Assembly: GCA_964460615.1 (NCBI GenBank)
Contig: CAYWPX010000009.1
Location: 19,509 to 83,508, forward strand
Direction of reading: 5' to 3'
DNA from: an uncultured Planctomycetia bacterium
GTDB lineage: Bacteria > Omnitrophota > Gorgyraeia > CAYWPX01
DNA: 64,000 nucleotides
The translations under genes and the position numbers were made by a program. Positions 7,280 through 16,571 of this stretch are shown in pieces (position 1 is the stretch's first letter; each line of letters begins with the position of its first letter). A model generated the notes under the pieces. The model was not told where the DNA came from. It was given only the letters and a program-made list of their open reading frames with translations, and did not search any database.

Positions 7280-8725
7280 TTAAGTCCCACTTTTTTTAAT
7301 AGGTAAAGTAAAACTAAAACATGCGCCCTTTTCAAACTCGGATTCAGCCCAGATTTTGCCCTTATGCTTTTCAATGATATCCTTGCAAATAGCAAGCCCC
7401 AGACCAGTACCTCCGGACCTCTTATTGAGCTGAATAAATCTATCAAAAAGCTTAGGCATATCCTCTTTCTTTATCCCGAGACCGGTATCTTTGACGCTAA
7501 CCTTGATAAAACCATTATATAGCGATGTGCTGACTTCTATACTTCCGGATTCGGTAAATTTAAGCGAATTGTCTATCAGATTAACAAGAACCTGGGCGAC
7601 TTTGTCATGGTCAAATACTATCTTAGGCAAATTTTTATCGAGTTTAATCACAAAATCCAAATTTTTTTTCTTCACAAGCGATCCCATCATTTCATATATT
7701 TCACTGATAACATCATTTATATCGTTAATTTTCATCCTGAATTCCATTCTTCCTGACTCAAGCTTCTGAAAATCCAGAACTGCATTTACAAGCCTGGCAA
7801 GCCTGTCCATATTTCTATTGGCCAGACTAAGTAAATTCTTCTGCTCCTCATTTATCTCCCCGGTAACTTCATCAAAAACAATATCAATACCTGCCCTAAT
7901 AGCGGTCAGAGGTGTACGAAGTTCGTGAGAAACCATATCAATAAAATCGGCTTTTATCTTAATTGCCTTCTGCAATTCTTCATTTACCTTAGCCAGGTGT
8001 TCCTGATAACTTTTTAATTTCGCTTCTGTCTTTTTACGTTCTTCGATCTCTATCTGCAATTTCCTTAACGCTACTGCCATATCAGCCCGGGTGGCTTCGT
8101 CGCTTGAAAGAAGATTGTTGATCTCGTTTTCTATCGAACGCTTTGAAGGTTTTATGACAAATTCATCATAAGCATTCCCTTTTGAAACAAATTTCGTCTG
8201 AACTGCCCAGCAATTTGTTTTGAATAATAATGAGAAGTACCCTGCCATTTTCCCGGCCAGCATTCCGCTTCCCCATGAGACCCCTAATGCTTTTTGAAAT
8301 TCTCCCTCCCAGGAGTTCCTTATAGAGACAACTGCTGTTTTCTTTATTTTATCAAGTTTTTTAAGTTTCCAAGCGCCCCATCCGGCAACAGCGGCAATAT
8401 TAGCAATGGCTTTAAAGCCTTCCCTAAAATCCTTGTATTGTGAAATTACCTCCCAGTCATCCTTGCAGCTTGCTCGCCCCTGGCTCTGTTGGGCCAGGAA
8501 AAATCTCTTAGTCCCTACCATGGACTGAACTCCTGACATCAGGCCGGCAAGCGAAGAACCTATCCACATCATAATAACCGGTAGATCTTCAAAAGTCGTT
8601 GTGCCCTCTTTAACATTCCACCTAATATTAACATCTGAAACAATAGCCTTATTAATGCCGGTATTTTTGACTTTATATTTATCCAGACTTGGTTTTATAA
8701 TTTTAGAATATTTATTTGCTGCCAT
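7280..8725 (-). CDS. sensor histidine kinase (HisKA + HATPase_c) with ~220-aa N-terminal domain of unknown family, no obvious TM helices
   Basis: H-box SHELRTPLTAI; N, G1 (DTGLGI) and G2 (GGTGLGL) boxes; coiled-coil linker. Confidence 0.85.
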   Translation of the reverse strand: MAANKYSKIIKPSLDKYKVKNTGINKAIVSDVNIRWNVKEGTTTFEDLPVIMMWIGSSLAGLMSGVQSMVGTKRFFLAQQSQGRASCKDDWEVISQYKDFREGFKAIANIAAVAGWGAWKLKKLDKIKKTAVVSIRNSWEGEFQKALGVSWGSGMLAGKMAGYFSLLFKTNCWAVQTKFVSKGNAYDEFVIKPSKRSIENEINNLLSSDEATRADMAVALRKLQIEIEERKKTEAKLKSYQEHLAKVNEELQKAIKIKADFIDMVSHELRTPLTAIRAGIDIVFDEVTGEINEEQKNLLSLANRNMDRLARLVNAVLDFQKLESGRMEFRMKINDINDVISEIYEMMGSLVKKKNLDFVIKLDKNLPKIVFDHDKVAQVLVNLIDNSLKFTESGSIEVSTSLYNGFIKVSVKDTGLGIKKEDMPKLFDRFIQLNKRSGGTGLGLAICKDIIEKHKGKIWAESEFEKGACFSFTLPIKKSGT

Positions 8726-8755
8726 AACACACCTCTTTCATACGCAAATGATAGT

Positions 8756-8787
8756 TCTAAAAAGAAAACCCCATGCATTACCATGGG
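8756..8787 (-). terminator. hairpin ccccatg/catgggg followed by a T-tract on the minus strand
   Basis: Seen in sequence between the GIY-YIG gene and the HK gene. Confidence 0.45.
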
Positions 8788-8964
8788 GCAACGAAAATAT
8801 TCATCCTCATTCTTAAATAGAAGCCAGATAATTTTATCCTTAAGGAGTTCATAGGCTTATATCATTCTTTTTCAAGCTAATTGCTGCGTAGGAAAATAGG
8901 AGGAAAATAGGGACAGCGACCGTTAATTTTAAATTAAATTAGGCGAGACCCCTTTTTCCTTCAA

Positions 8965-9219
8965 TTAGGCTAATTGTGGACTAAAAAACTTTTCTTTAAT
9001 TCTCCGTCGCCCTGTAGTTGATTTGTAAAATTTTTCCTTCTGTCTAGCTTCCTTAAGCGTTTCGAACTCTTCTGTATGTATTATGTTATACGGTCGATAT
9101 GGGCGTGACGCTTTGACTCTCCCGGCATTATGCAACGCTAATCGCTTATTCACATCATCGGCAACGCCGGTATACGTTCTCGTTTTCCTTTCATTGAGCA
9201 AGATATAGACATAATGCAT
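8965..9219 (-). CDS. GIY-YIG nuclease superfamily protein (UPF0213/YhbQ-like)
   Basis: 84 aa from MHYVYILLNERKTRTYTGVADDVNKRLALHNAG...EEFETLKEA, matching the YhbQ/YazA family. The longer ORF-track version (to 9345) overlaps tRNA-Ser and is rejected. Confidence 0.75.
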   Translation of the reverse strand: MHYVYILLNERKTRTYTGVADDVNKRLALHNAGRVKASRPYRPYNIIHTEEFETLKEARQKEKFYKSTTGRRRIKEKFFSPQLA

Positions 9220-9300
9220 ATCTGTTTCTGTATGGCGGATCCGCCTCGCCAGCTTCGCTGGCAGGCGAGATTTCGCCATCTCGCCAACTTTGTTGGCGGA

Positions 9301-9390
9301 TGGCGGAGAGGGAGAGATTCGAACTCTCGGTACCTTGCGGTACACGCGCTCTCCAAGCGCGCGCCATAAACCGGACTAGGCGACCTCTCC
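9301..9390 (-). tRNA. tRNA-Ser (anticodon GGA), long variable arm, encoded CCA
   Basis: rc reads GGAGAGGTCGCCTAGTCCGGTTTATGGCGCGCGCTTGGAGAGCGCGTGTACCGCAAGGTACCGAGAGTTCGAATCTCTCCCTCTCCGCCA. Anticodon stem CGCGC/GCGCG, loop TTGGAGA. Confidence 0.75.
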
Positions 9391-9858
9391 TAGAAAATTG
9401 TGAAGCAATTTTCACTCTGAATTTTGACGAGAAAAATATCGAAGAAATTTTTCCGTCGTTATAAATTCAGAGTAATTCATAAAATTTCGTTGCATCTCGC
9501 CAAATTTTTGCTCTGGCGCAAAAATAATTAAATTTCATTCGTTATGGCGGCGCCGCTTGCTCCCTGCTCGGCTTGTTAAACTCAAAAGTCTTTTATCAAA
9601 TGAAATCCCGCGTTAGCGGGGTCTCCTCGCCACGGTCGCCAGCGGCATCTCGCCAAATTTTTGCTCTGGCGCAAAAATTTGGCGGAAGGTGAAGGATTCG
9701 AACCCTCGAAGGGATTACTCCCTTAACGGTTTTCAAGACCGCCGCATTCAACCGCTCTGCCAACCTTCCTAGAAATTGTGAAACAATTTCACTCTGAATT
9801 TTGACAAGAAAAATATCGAAGAGATTTTTCTGTCGGTTTAAATTCAGAGTTACCTTAT
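9391..9858. repeat. Tandemly duplicated tRNA-Ser unit: ~90-bp upstream segment with 11-bp inverted repeats (actctgaattt...aaattcagagt) + tRNA + downstream 13-bp-stem palindrome gccaaatttttgc-tctggc-gcaaaaatttggc
   Basis: 9391-9480 ~ 9770-9858 (~85% identity). gcatctcgccaaatttttgctctggcgcaaaaat occurs at 9493-9527 and 9648-9682. A degenerate version lies at 9270-9300. Confidence 0.8.
9680..9769 (-). tRNA. tRNA-Ser (anticodon TGA), encoded CCA
   Basis: rc reads GGAAGGTTGGCAGAGCGGTTGAATGCGGCGGTCTTGAAAACCGTTAAGGGAGTAATCCCTTCGAGGGTTCGAATCCTTCACCTTCCGCCA. Closely resembles canonical bacterial tRNA-Ser(UGA). Confidence 0.85.
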
Positions 9859-10066
9859 AATAAACTATTTTGCGGCTCCGCCGCATTTCCCTGACTCGCT
9901 TCGCTCGCTCCATGGGCGCCTCGCTAACGCTTCGGTAGCAACCGCCCCCTGCATTTTTCTTTCGCAAACCATGCGAAATAAAATAACCGCAGGGGCTCCG
10001 CTTCGCTTCGTCTGCCATTTCCCTATTTGCAAAAGTGTTTTATTATAACCTTAATGCCCTATTATG

Positions 10067-10738
10067 TCAACTGAGCGAAAGAAATTGATTAACAACCAGG
10101 ACATAAATATCTTTAGTCCTAGTATAAGAGTCCACCATAAAATCCTGGAAATTAAAACCATTAAATAGGAGACTTATTAAAAATCCCGTAATTGCCACAT
10201 TTACGGTAACCACAAGAACTGTCGCCAAAACCTGCCCCATACTTACAAGATCAGGCTGCTCAACCTTTAAAGTATCTATTGTCATAACCAGATGCATAGC
10301 AAACGTAAATCCCAACAGTCCCATAAAGATCGTAAGAATGCCGTCTAAGTTAAAAGAGGATATTAAAACAAAATATATTATTGCAAGTATTATAGGGATT
10401 ACCGGAATAAAATAAGGGCTGGTAGAAATAAACAGATTGTTCTTGGTGCCTGTAACGCTACCTCCCTTTTTAGTTACTTTAAACTTCTTCACCTTCCCCA
10501 GGCACAACCATATGGAAATAGCATGCACCAGCTCATGCCCGAATACATACAAATAGGTCGGTTTAAATAAAAATAAGTGCACGATGACATACAATACGAT
10601 ACCTAGGAAAAAAACCCTCTGCCCGGTGCTGTTAAAATCGGTGATATTATTGATCTGATAGATAAAAGCAACTGAGATACCCACGGCTATGGGTATTGCA
10701 ATGATCCCTATGAATAATTTTATAAATTTTCCGAACAT
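10067..10738 (-). CDS. polytopic membrane protein with HExxH motif (putative membrane zinc metalloprotease, DUF3267-like)
   Basis: 223 aa. ~6 hydrophobic segments, and HELVHA at the start of a TM helix. Confidence 0.45.
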   Translation of the reverse strand: MFGKFIKLFIGIIAIPIAVGISVAFIYQINNITDFNSTGQRVFFLGIVLYVIVHLFLFKPTYLYVFGHELVHAISIWLCLGKVKKFKVTKKGGSVTGTKNNLFISTSPYFIPVIPIILAIIYFVLISSFNLDGILTIFMGLLGFTFAMHLVMTIDTLKVEQPDLVSMGQVLATVLVVTVNVAITGFLISLLFNGFNFQDFMVDSYTRTKDIYVLVVNQFLSLS

Positions 10739-12022
10739 TTAAGGCGTTATCTTTTCCTTGCCGTCAAAATACTTCCGAAGCGCTTCCGGGATAGCAATAG
10801 ATCCGTCGATCTGTTGGTAATTTTCCATTATCGCTATCACCAGCCTCGCTAACGCCACTCCGGAAGCATTGAGCGTATGGACATATTCGGTTTTAGGTTT
10901 ACGGTTTTCGGTTTTGGATCTGAATCTAATATTAGCGCGCCTTGCCTGAAAATCTTCAAAGTTTGAACAACTCGAAACTTCCAAATTCATCTGGCTCCCT
11001 GGAGCCCATAACTCCAAGTCATAACATTTCGCAGCTGAAAACCCTATCCCTTGGGTGGAAAGGAGCACCACCCTATACGGAAGATTTAATAACTGTAAAA
11101 CTTTCTCAGCATTTTGTAATAGTTTCTCATGTTCATCATAAGACGTTTCGGGCTTTACAAATTTCACAAGCTCAATCTTATCAAACTGATGAACTCTCGT
11201 CATTCCTCTTGTCTCTTTACCGTAAGAACCGGCTTCTCTTCTGAAGCAGGCCGAATAGGCAGTATAGTAAATGGGTAGCTTTTCTTCATCGAGTATCTCA
11301 TCCCTAAAAATATTTGTTATGGGTACTTCGGCGGTAGGGATCAAAAATAAGTCGTCATATTTAAGGGTATACATATCTTCTTCAAATTTTGGCAGTTGGC
11401 CTGTACCTATCATACTGTTTCTATTTACCAAAAATGGAGGGAAAATTTCCGTATAACCATGCTCAGTTGTATGCAGATCAAGCATGAAGTTAATTAGCGC
11501 CCTTTCCAGCCTTGCTCCCATCCCTTTAAAAAGAATAAAGCTTGATGCAGTTATTTTGGTCGCTCTGGGAAAGTCAATAATATCCAATAACTCAGCTAGC
11601 TCCGTATGCGTCCTAGGCTTAAAGTCAAACTCCCTATGTTTTCCCCATTCCTTAACTACTTTGTTTGCTTCATGTTCTGAACCAATTGGCACAGATGAAT
11701 GCGGAATATTTGGGATAGTATATACAATATTAGCAATATTTTGGTCTAATTCCCCCACTCTTTTATCTAAAATCTCAATATTTTGGGATATCATTTTTAG
11801 ACCTTCTATCTTATCCTTAGCGTTGACCTTTTGAGCCATTAAACGGCCTATCTCTTCACTGGCCTTATTCTTTTGGCTCTTAAGGCTCTCGACCTCGGTT
11901 ACAATTTTACGCCTCTCTGAATCTAAGGATAAAAGCTCATCCAGATCCATTGTATAGTTTCTATTCTTAAGCGCCTCTTTTACTTTATCCGGATTTTCCC
12001 TAATAAATTTTATGTCTAACAT
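10739..12022 (-). CDS. serS: seryl-tRNA synthetase
   Basis: 427 aa. N-terminal coiled-coil arm, class II motifs 2 and 3 (FRRE..., GSGLA-like), full-length SerRS similarity. Confidence 0.95.
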   Translation of the reverse strand: MLDIKFIRENPDKVKEALKNRNYTMDLDELLSLDSERRKIVTEVESLKSQKNKASEEIGRLMAQKVNAKDKIEGLKMISQNIEILDKRVGELDQNIANIVYTIPNIPHSSVPIGSEHEANKVVKEWGKHREFDFKPRTHTELAELLDIIDFPRATKITASSFILFKGMGARLERALINFMLDLHTTEHGYTEIFPPFLVNRNSMIGTGQLPKFEEDMYTLKYDDLFLIPTAEVPITNIFRDEILDEEKLPIYYTAYSACFRREAGSYGKETRGMTRVHQFDKIELVKFVKPETSYDEHEKLLQNAEKVLQLLNLPYRVVLLSTQGIGFSAAKCYDLELWAPGSQMNLEVSSCSNFEDFQARRANIRFRSKTENRKPKTEYVHTLNASGVALARLVIAIMENYQQIDGSIAIPEALRKYFDGKEKITP

Positions 12023-12162
12023 TTACGATCCCCTTTTCAATCTGTACTGCGTCTTGAGTAGAGAGTACTGCGGTATATGCGCAATACACCGTACGCCGTA
12101 CGAAATACTATCCTTTAATCACACCTATTGCCTACCGCCTTTGGCGATACGGCCTGAAGCTA

Positions 12163-13626
12163 TCAACCCTTTATAACTCCTATTGGTCGCATCTTGCAGA
12201 CTCTTTTTGCGAGACCCGCCTCATGGACTACATTAACAACATCATTTACATCTTTATATGCTTCAGGCGCTTCTTCTAGTAATGTTTCTCTGCCTGTAGA
12301 TTTGACTATTATACCTTTATTTTCCAATTCGCGCGAGAGATTTCTTCCTTTTAGACTTCTGATCGCAGCACCCCTCGAAAGCATCCGTCCGGCACCATGA
12401 CAAGTAGAACCAAAGGTTTCATCTTCAGCCTTTTTTGTTCCGACTAATAAATACGAATTTCTACCCATATCTCCCGGTATTATAACCGGTTGGCCTATGG
12501 TTTTGTATTTAAGGGGAATATCAGGATGATTTGGCCCAAAGGACCTCGTCGCACCTTTTCTATGAACACATAATAATTTTTCTTTACCATTTATATTATA
12601 TTTTTCTAATTTAGCAATATTATGAGCAACATCATAAATAAGGTCCATACCAAGATCTCTGGAAGATTTTTTGAAAACTTTTTCAAATACATTTCGCGCT
12701 ATATGCATAAGGCACTGCCTATTGGCCCAGGCATAATTAGCTGCGCATCTCATAGCTCCCAGATATTTCTTTCCTTCCGGTGAATTCACCGGAACTGAGG
12801 CAAGCTGCCTATCGGGAACTTGAATATTGTACTTAGATAGTAAATGGATCATATCTTTAGCATATTCATCGCATATCTGATACCCCAACCCCCTTGAGCC
12901 TGAGTGGATCATTAGAACAACACTTCCGACTTCAATACCAAACACCTTGGCTGCAATTTTATCGAAAATTTCATCAACTACCTGCACTTCCATAAAATGG
13001 TTTCCCGAACCAAGAGTCCCTGACTGGTTCTTTCCTCTTTCGTAGGCTCTATCTGAAACTGCGGACGGATCCGCCCCTTCAATAAATCCGCCCGATTCGG
13101 TATATTCTATATCTTCTTTCCTTCCATAGCCTTTTTTCTCTATAACCCACCTTGAACCCTTTAAAAGAAGCTCCCTTTCTTCGAGCGCAGAGATCCTTAC
13201 ATCTCCTTTAGATCCAACGCCTGCAGGTACGTCGTTAAAAAGCGCATACACCAGATCCTTTAGAACCGGCCTGATATCATCTTCAAACAAATTTGTCCTA
13301 ACTAACCTTACCCCACAATTTATATCATAGCCCACTCCGCCGGGCGAAACTACTCCGCCGTTTTCTATATCTGTTGCAGCGACGCCTCCTATAGGAAAAC
13401 CATACCCCCAATGAATATCAGGCATAGCCAAAGAAGCGTTTACTATTCCGGGCAAAGTGGCTACATTTGCAACCTGCTCCATAGCCTTATCTTTAAAGAT
13501 ATCCTTGAGCATTCCTTCACTTGAATAGATAATACCCGGTACCCGCATGCCTTCTTTATAAGATTTTGGTATACGCCATCTGTAGTCGTCAATCTTTTCT
13601 ATGGGTATGTTTATTGTATCTGGCAT
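12163..13626 (-). CDS. rtcB: RNA-splicing ligase RtcB (3'-phosphate/5'-OH RNA ligase)
   Basis: 487 aa. GGVGYDINCGVR, HSGSRGLG, HNIA and CVHRKGATR motifs. Confidence 0.95.
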   Translation of the reverse strand: MPDTINIPIEKIDDYRWRIPKSYKEGMRVPGIIYSSEGMLKDIFKDKAMEQVANVATLPGIVNASLAMPDIHWGYGFPIGGVAATDIENGGVVSPGGVGYDINCGVRLVRTNLFEDDIRPVLKDLVYALFNDVPAGVGSKGDVRISALEERELLLKGSRWVIEKKGYGRKEDIEYTESGGFIEGADPSAVSDRAYERGKNQSGTLGSGNHFMEVQVVDEIFDKIAAKVFGIEVGSVVLMIHSGSRGLGYQICDEYAKDMIHLLSKYNIQVPDRQLASVPVNSPEGKKYLGAMRCAANYAWANRQCLMHIARNVFEKVFKKSSRDLGMDLIYDVAHNIAKLEKYNINGKEKLLCVHRKGATRSFGPNHPDIPLKYKTIGQPVIIPGDMGRNSYLLVGTKKAEDETFGSTCHGAGRMLSRGAAIRSLKGRNLSRELENKGIIVKSTGRETLLEEAPEAYKDVNDVVNVVHEAGLAKRVCKMRPIGVIKG

Positions 13627-13727
13627 TTTTAAATTCCTTTAGCTATAAGGCAATTAGATAATTGAGTGATTGGTTTAATTTTTTACCTAATCGCATTATA
13701 ACCTAATCACTATTTTTTATATACGAG

Positions 13728-14144
13728 CTACACATCAAAAATAATCTCTGCGCTATACATATCACCGGCCTTTGTTATCTTAAAATCGTGATATGTCACG
13801 CCCTTGACTTCGGCTTTAAGCACATGCCTTCTCTTATCAAAATCGTCACCAACAATTTCGGCAACGATCTCGCAATCAGCCAGTTTTTTTATTTTAATTT
13901 TTTTAATAAGAAATTCTCTGGAGGTATAAAAATAAAGGAGCTCGCTTAAAAAATTTATAAGCAGCTCCTCCAAGTTCGGGGCCTTGATAGAAACTTCTTT
14001 TTTCAAGGCCCCTTTAATTTTTTTTGTATCACTAAGAACATCAAATAAAGCTAAAGCCGAATTAGTAAAAAGCGTTTTAAGGGTTTTCCCATGCGCTCTT
14101 ACGCCTATGTCTGCAGTATGATCAAAATACTCAAAGCGCTTCAT
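13728..14144 (-). CDS. archease (RtcB activator)
   Basis: 138 aa. Signature FEYFDHTADIGVRAHG at the N-terminus; located immediately upstream of rtcB. Confidence 0.85.
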   Translation of the reverse strand: MKRFEYFDHTADIGVRAHGKTLKTLFTNSALALFDVLSDTKKIKGALKKEVSIKAPNLEELLINFLSELLYFYTSREFLIKKIKIKKLADCEIVAEIVGDDFDKRRHVLKAEVKGVTYHDFKITKAGDMYSAEIIFDV

Positions 14145-14155
14145 GAAAATTATTA

Positions 14156-15220
14156 CTAATCCTTTTTGACAATTGACTTAACCGCTTCCATTATCTCTAT
14201 GGGAACTGCAATTACGACTGTGTTTGAAGCTGTGGGCCCAAGGCCGTCAATCGTCTGCAACGTCCTAAGCTGCATAGCTCCCGGGGATTTTAGCATTGTC
14301 TCTGCCGCTGCAGCCAGATTTAAAGCTGCCAATTTATCACCTTCCGCTTTTGTAATTGTGGCGCGCTTTTCTCTTTCGGCGGAGGCCTGCCTTGACATCA
14401 TTTTCTTCAATTCTTCGGGCATATCTATATCCTGGATCTTTATTGTAGTTACCTCCAGGCCCCAGTTTTTGCTCTCTTTTTCCACAATACTCTCTATCTC
14501 TTTACCTATCTGCTCACGTTCGGTAAGAAGCTGATCCAACGACATCCCTCCGACAACGTCCCTTAAAGCAGCGAGAGCGTACTGGCTCATAGCATAAGAA
14601 TAATTTTGCACCTCTATAATAGCATCTTCTACTTTTATTACCTTGAAATATACAACTCCGTTAATAGAAACAGGTACATTATCTTTTGTAATAACCTGCT
14701 GTTTTGGTATATCAAGCGTGAGAACCCTTGTATCAACCATTGCCACATTGTCAACGACCGGAATAATGAAAAATAAACCAGGGCCTTTAATTCCTAAGAA
14801 TTTCCCCAATCTCAATACTATCCCTCTTTCCCACTGCGCAGCTATTCTTACAGCCGAAGAGGCCAAAATAGCCAGTAAAAAAGTTATAACAAAAAATAAA
14901 CCTCCTGTAAAATTATTCACCTGAAAAACCCCGAAGCTGAATATCCCTCCAAGTATCATTACAACAAAAAATATTAGTGTCGGTATACCGCTGAACATGA
15001 ACTCCTCCTTTTTTAATTGAACCTTATTTTTGATTTCATCCAATGAAACGGTTTTCAATAGATCCTGAAAACTACTGTTATCATTTAGGGAATTTTTTAA
15101 ATAATTTCTTATTGATTCATCACTTTCAGAAGCTTGTCGATTCTGGGATTTTGTTTTGGCGCTACTAACCGCTGAAATTATAAATATTACGACTATCAAT
15201 ACAAATATTAGGTCAAACAT
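14156..15220 (-). CDS. SPFH/band-7 (stomatin/HflC-like) membrane protein
   Basis: 354 aa. N-terminal TM segments, then an SPFH core (...YFKVIKVEDAIIEVQNYSYAMSQYALAALRDVVG...) and a coiled-coil tail. Confidence 0.8.
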   Translation of the reverse strand: MFDLIFVLIVVIFIISAVSSAKTKSQNRQASESDESIRNYLKNSLNDNSSFQDLLKTVSLDEIKNKVQLKKEEFMFSGIPTLIFFVVMILGGIFSFGVFQVNNFTGGLFFVITFLLAILASSAVRIAAQWERGIVLRLGKFLGIKGPGLFFIIPVVDNVAMVDTRVLTLDIPKQQVITKDNVPVSINGVVYFKVIKVEDAIIEVQNYSYAMSQYALAALRDVVGGMSLDQLLTEREQIGKEIESIVEKESKNWGLEVTTIKIQDIDMPEELKKMMSRQASAEREKRATITKAEGDKLAALNLAAAAETMLKSPGAMQLRTLQTIDGLGPTASNTVVIAVPIEIMEAVKSIVKKD

Positions 15221-15244
15221 ATTATAGCCAGATCCTTTTTAGGC

Positions 15245-16567
15245 TTATTTAGCCAATTTCGCTTCATCAAGCTCAGACATAAGGTACTTAACCTTTGCCA
15301 CTAAAATATAATAATCCTTGGTAAATTTAAGCAGATTGAACTGAGATCTCATATAGTTAAAATTTGAATCAATAATATCGCTCTGATCAACATCGCCTCT
15401 TTGATAAAGTGTAAATGACATATTAAGCGCCTCGTCTGCATCGCTAAACACAGAGCGCTGGCTTGATAATAATTTCTTTGTCTTCTCCAGATTTGCCGTG
15501 GCTTCTTCAAGGTCAAGTCGGATCTCATCCTTTATAAATCTTTCTACGGTCTCTAAGCGCGAATATTCGGACCTTAGCTGTGAAATTTGGGATGAATTAT
15601 CAAACCCGTCAAACAACGGAAGCTTAAAGTTGAGCACCAAAGACCAGTTATACTCATATGACCCGCCTAGATTAAATTTATTTGAGCTTTCGTAAAATGT
15701 GCTTTTCAAGCTTGCTTGGGGAGCATAACGCGAATACGCGGCATTAAGGGCCTGCTTACCGATCTTACTGGAGAGCTCCGCGACTTTTACGGTTAAATTG
15801 GTATTATAAACTTTATTGGACAGATCTTTTATATCATAATTGGTCATATTCTTCTCTTCGGGACAAACCAACTCCCCGATCACTGAAATTGTTTCGGGGC
15901 CGGGGATCATAAGTAATTTTTTTAATCTAGTTTCAAGGGTCTTTTTCTCCTTTTCAAAATTCAGAGAATCGGATTCAAGATTTTCGACCTCGATCTTTGA
16001 TCTCAGGATCTCGTATTTATGTACCTCCCCGGTCTTACTCATCCCCATAAGGTTGGAAGAGTAGCCTTCCATCCTGTTAATTGCCCTGGCGTTTAATTCC
16101 TCGAGTTTTTCATTCAAAAGAAGCTCATAATAAGTATTGATTATATCGTATATGATCTTGTTGCGCTTCTCATAATAAGCCTGCAGCTCTTTTTCAAGTG
16201 AGAGTCGGGCTTTTAAATAGTTGTAATAACTTTCTCCGCCTTTAAAAAGGTCCTGATTGATCTGGATATTCCCAACACTAGGCGCCTGCAAGAATGTCTC
16301 ATCCGCGACTCTCCCGGCCCCCGGAGAATCAGCCGAAATATAATTATAATTAGCATATATTTTCGGTAAAAATGCCGAAAAATTCTGTAATAGGTAGGCC
16401 CTGGCTTTTTTTACGTTTTCTTTGGCGATCTTAAGATCGGTATTTCTCGATAGCCCGGTTTCAATACATGCTTTCAGATTTAAGGGCTCTTTAAACTCCT
16501 CACCGGATACGGAATTAATTTTTAGAACGAATATAAAAACAACAAAAAATAAAAGGATTTTTTTCAT
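15245..16567 (-). CDS. TolC-like outer membrane efflux/channel protein (OEP family)
   Basis: 440 aa. Signal peptide, two tandem OEP-type repeats with coiled-coil and beta signatures. Confidence 0.6.
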   Translation of the reverse strand: MKKILLFFVVFIFVLKINSVSGEEFKEPLNLKACIETGLSRNTDLKIAKENVKKARAYLLQNFSAFLPKIYANYNYISADSPGAGRVADETFLQAPSVGNIQINQDLFKGGESYYNYLKARLSLEKELQAYYEKRNKIIYDIINTYYELLLNEKLEELNARAINRMEGYSSNLMGMSKTGEVHKYEILRSKIEVENLESDSLNFEKEKKTLETRLKKLLMIPGPETISVIGELVCPEEKNMTNYDIKDLSNKVYNTNLTVKVAELSSKIGKQALNAAYSRYAPQASLKSTFYESSNKFNLGGSYEYNWSLVLNFKLPLFDGFDNSSQISQLRSEYSRLETVERFIKDEIRLDLEEATANLEKTKKLLSSQRSVFSDADEALNMSFTLYQRGDVDQSDIIDSNFNYMRSQFNLLKFTKDYYILVAKVKYLMSELDEAKLAK

Positions 16568-16571
16568 ATTT

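Noticed and set aside
6910-7446. 178-aa version of the response regulator
   Set aside because: Its first 56 codons overlap the histidine kinase C-terminus. The receiver domain starts at MAKNILIIDDE right after the kinase stop codon.
8965-9345. Long form (126 aa) of the GIY-YIG ORF, and ORFs 9150-9356 / 9191-9415
   Set aside because: The N-terminal extension and the other ORFs run through tRNA-Ser(GGA) and its hairpins. Homology to UPF0213 proteins begins at the internal Met (9219).
9596-10018. 140-aa minus-strand ORF
   Set aside because: Spans tRNA-Ser(TGA) and GC-rich repeat sequence. Arg/Lys-rich low-complexity translation with no start context.
12023-12162. Possible T-box leader upstream of serS
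   Set aside because: Only ~140 nt and no recognisable T-box sequence (AATTAGGGTGGNACCGCG-like) or specifier/antiterminator architecture; only generic hairpins.
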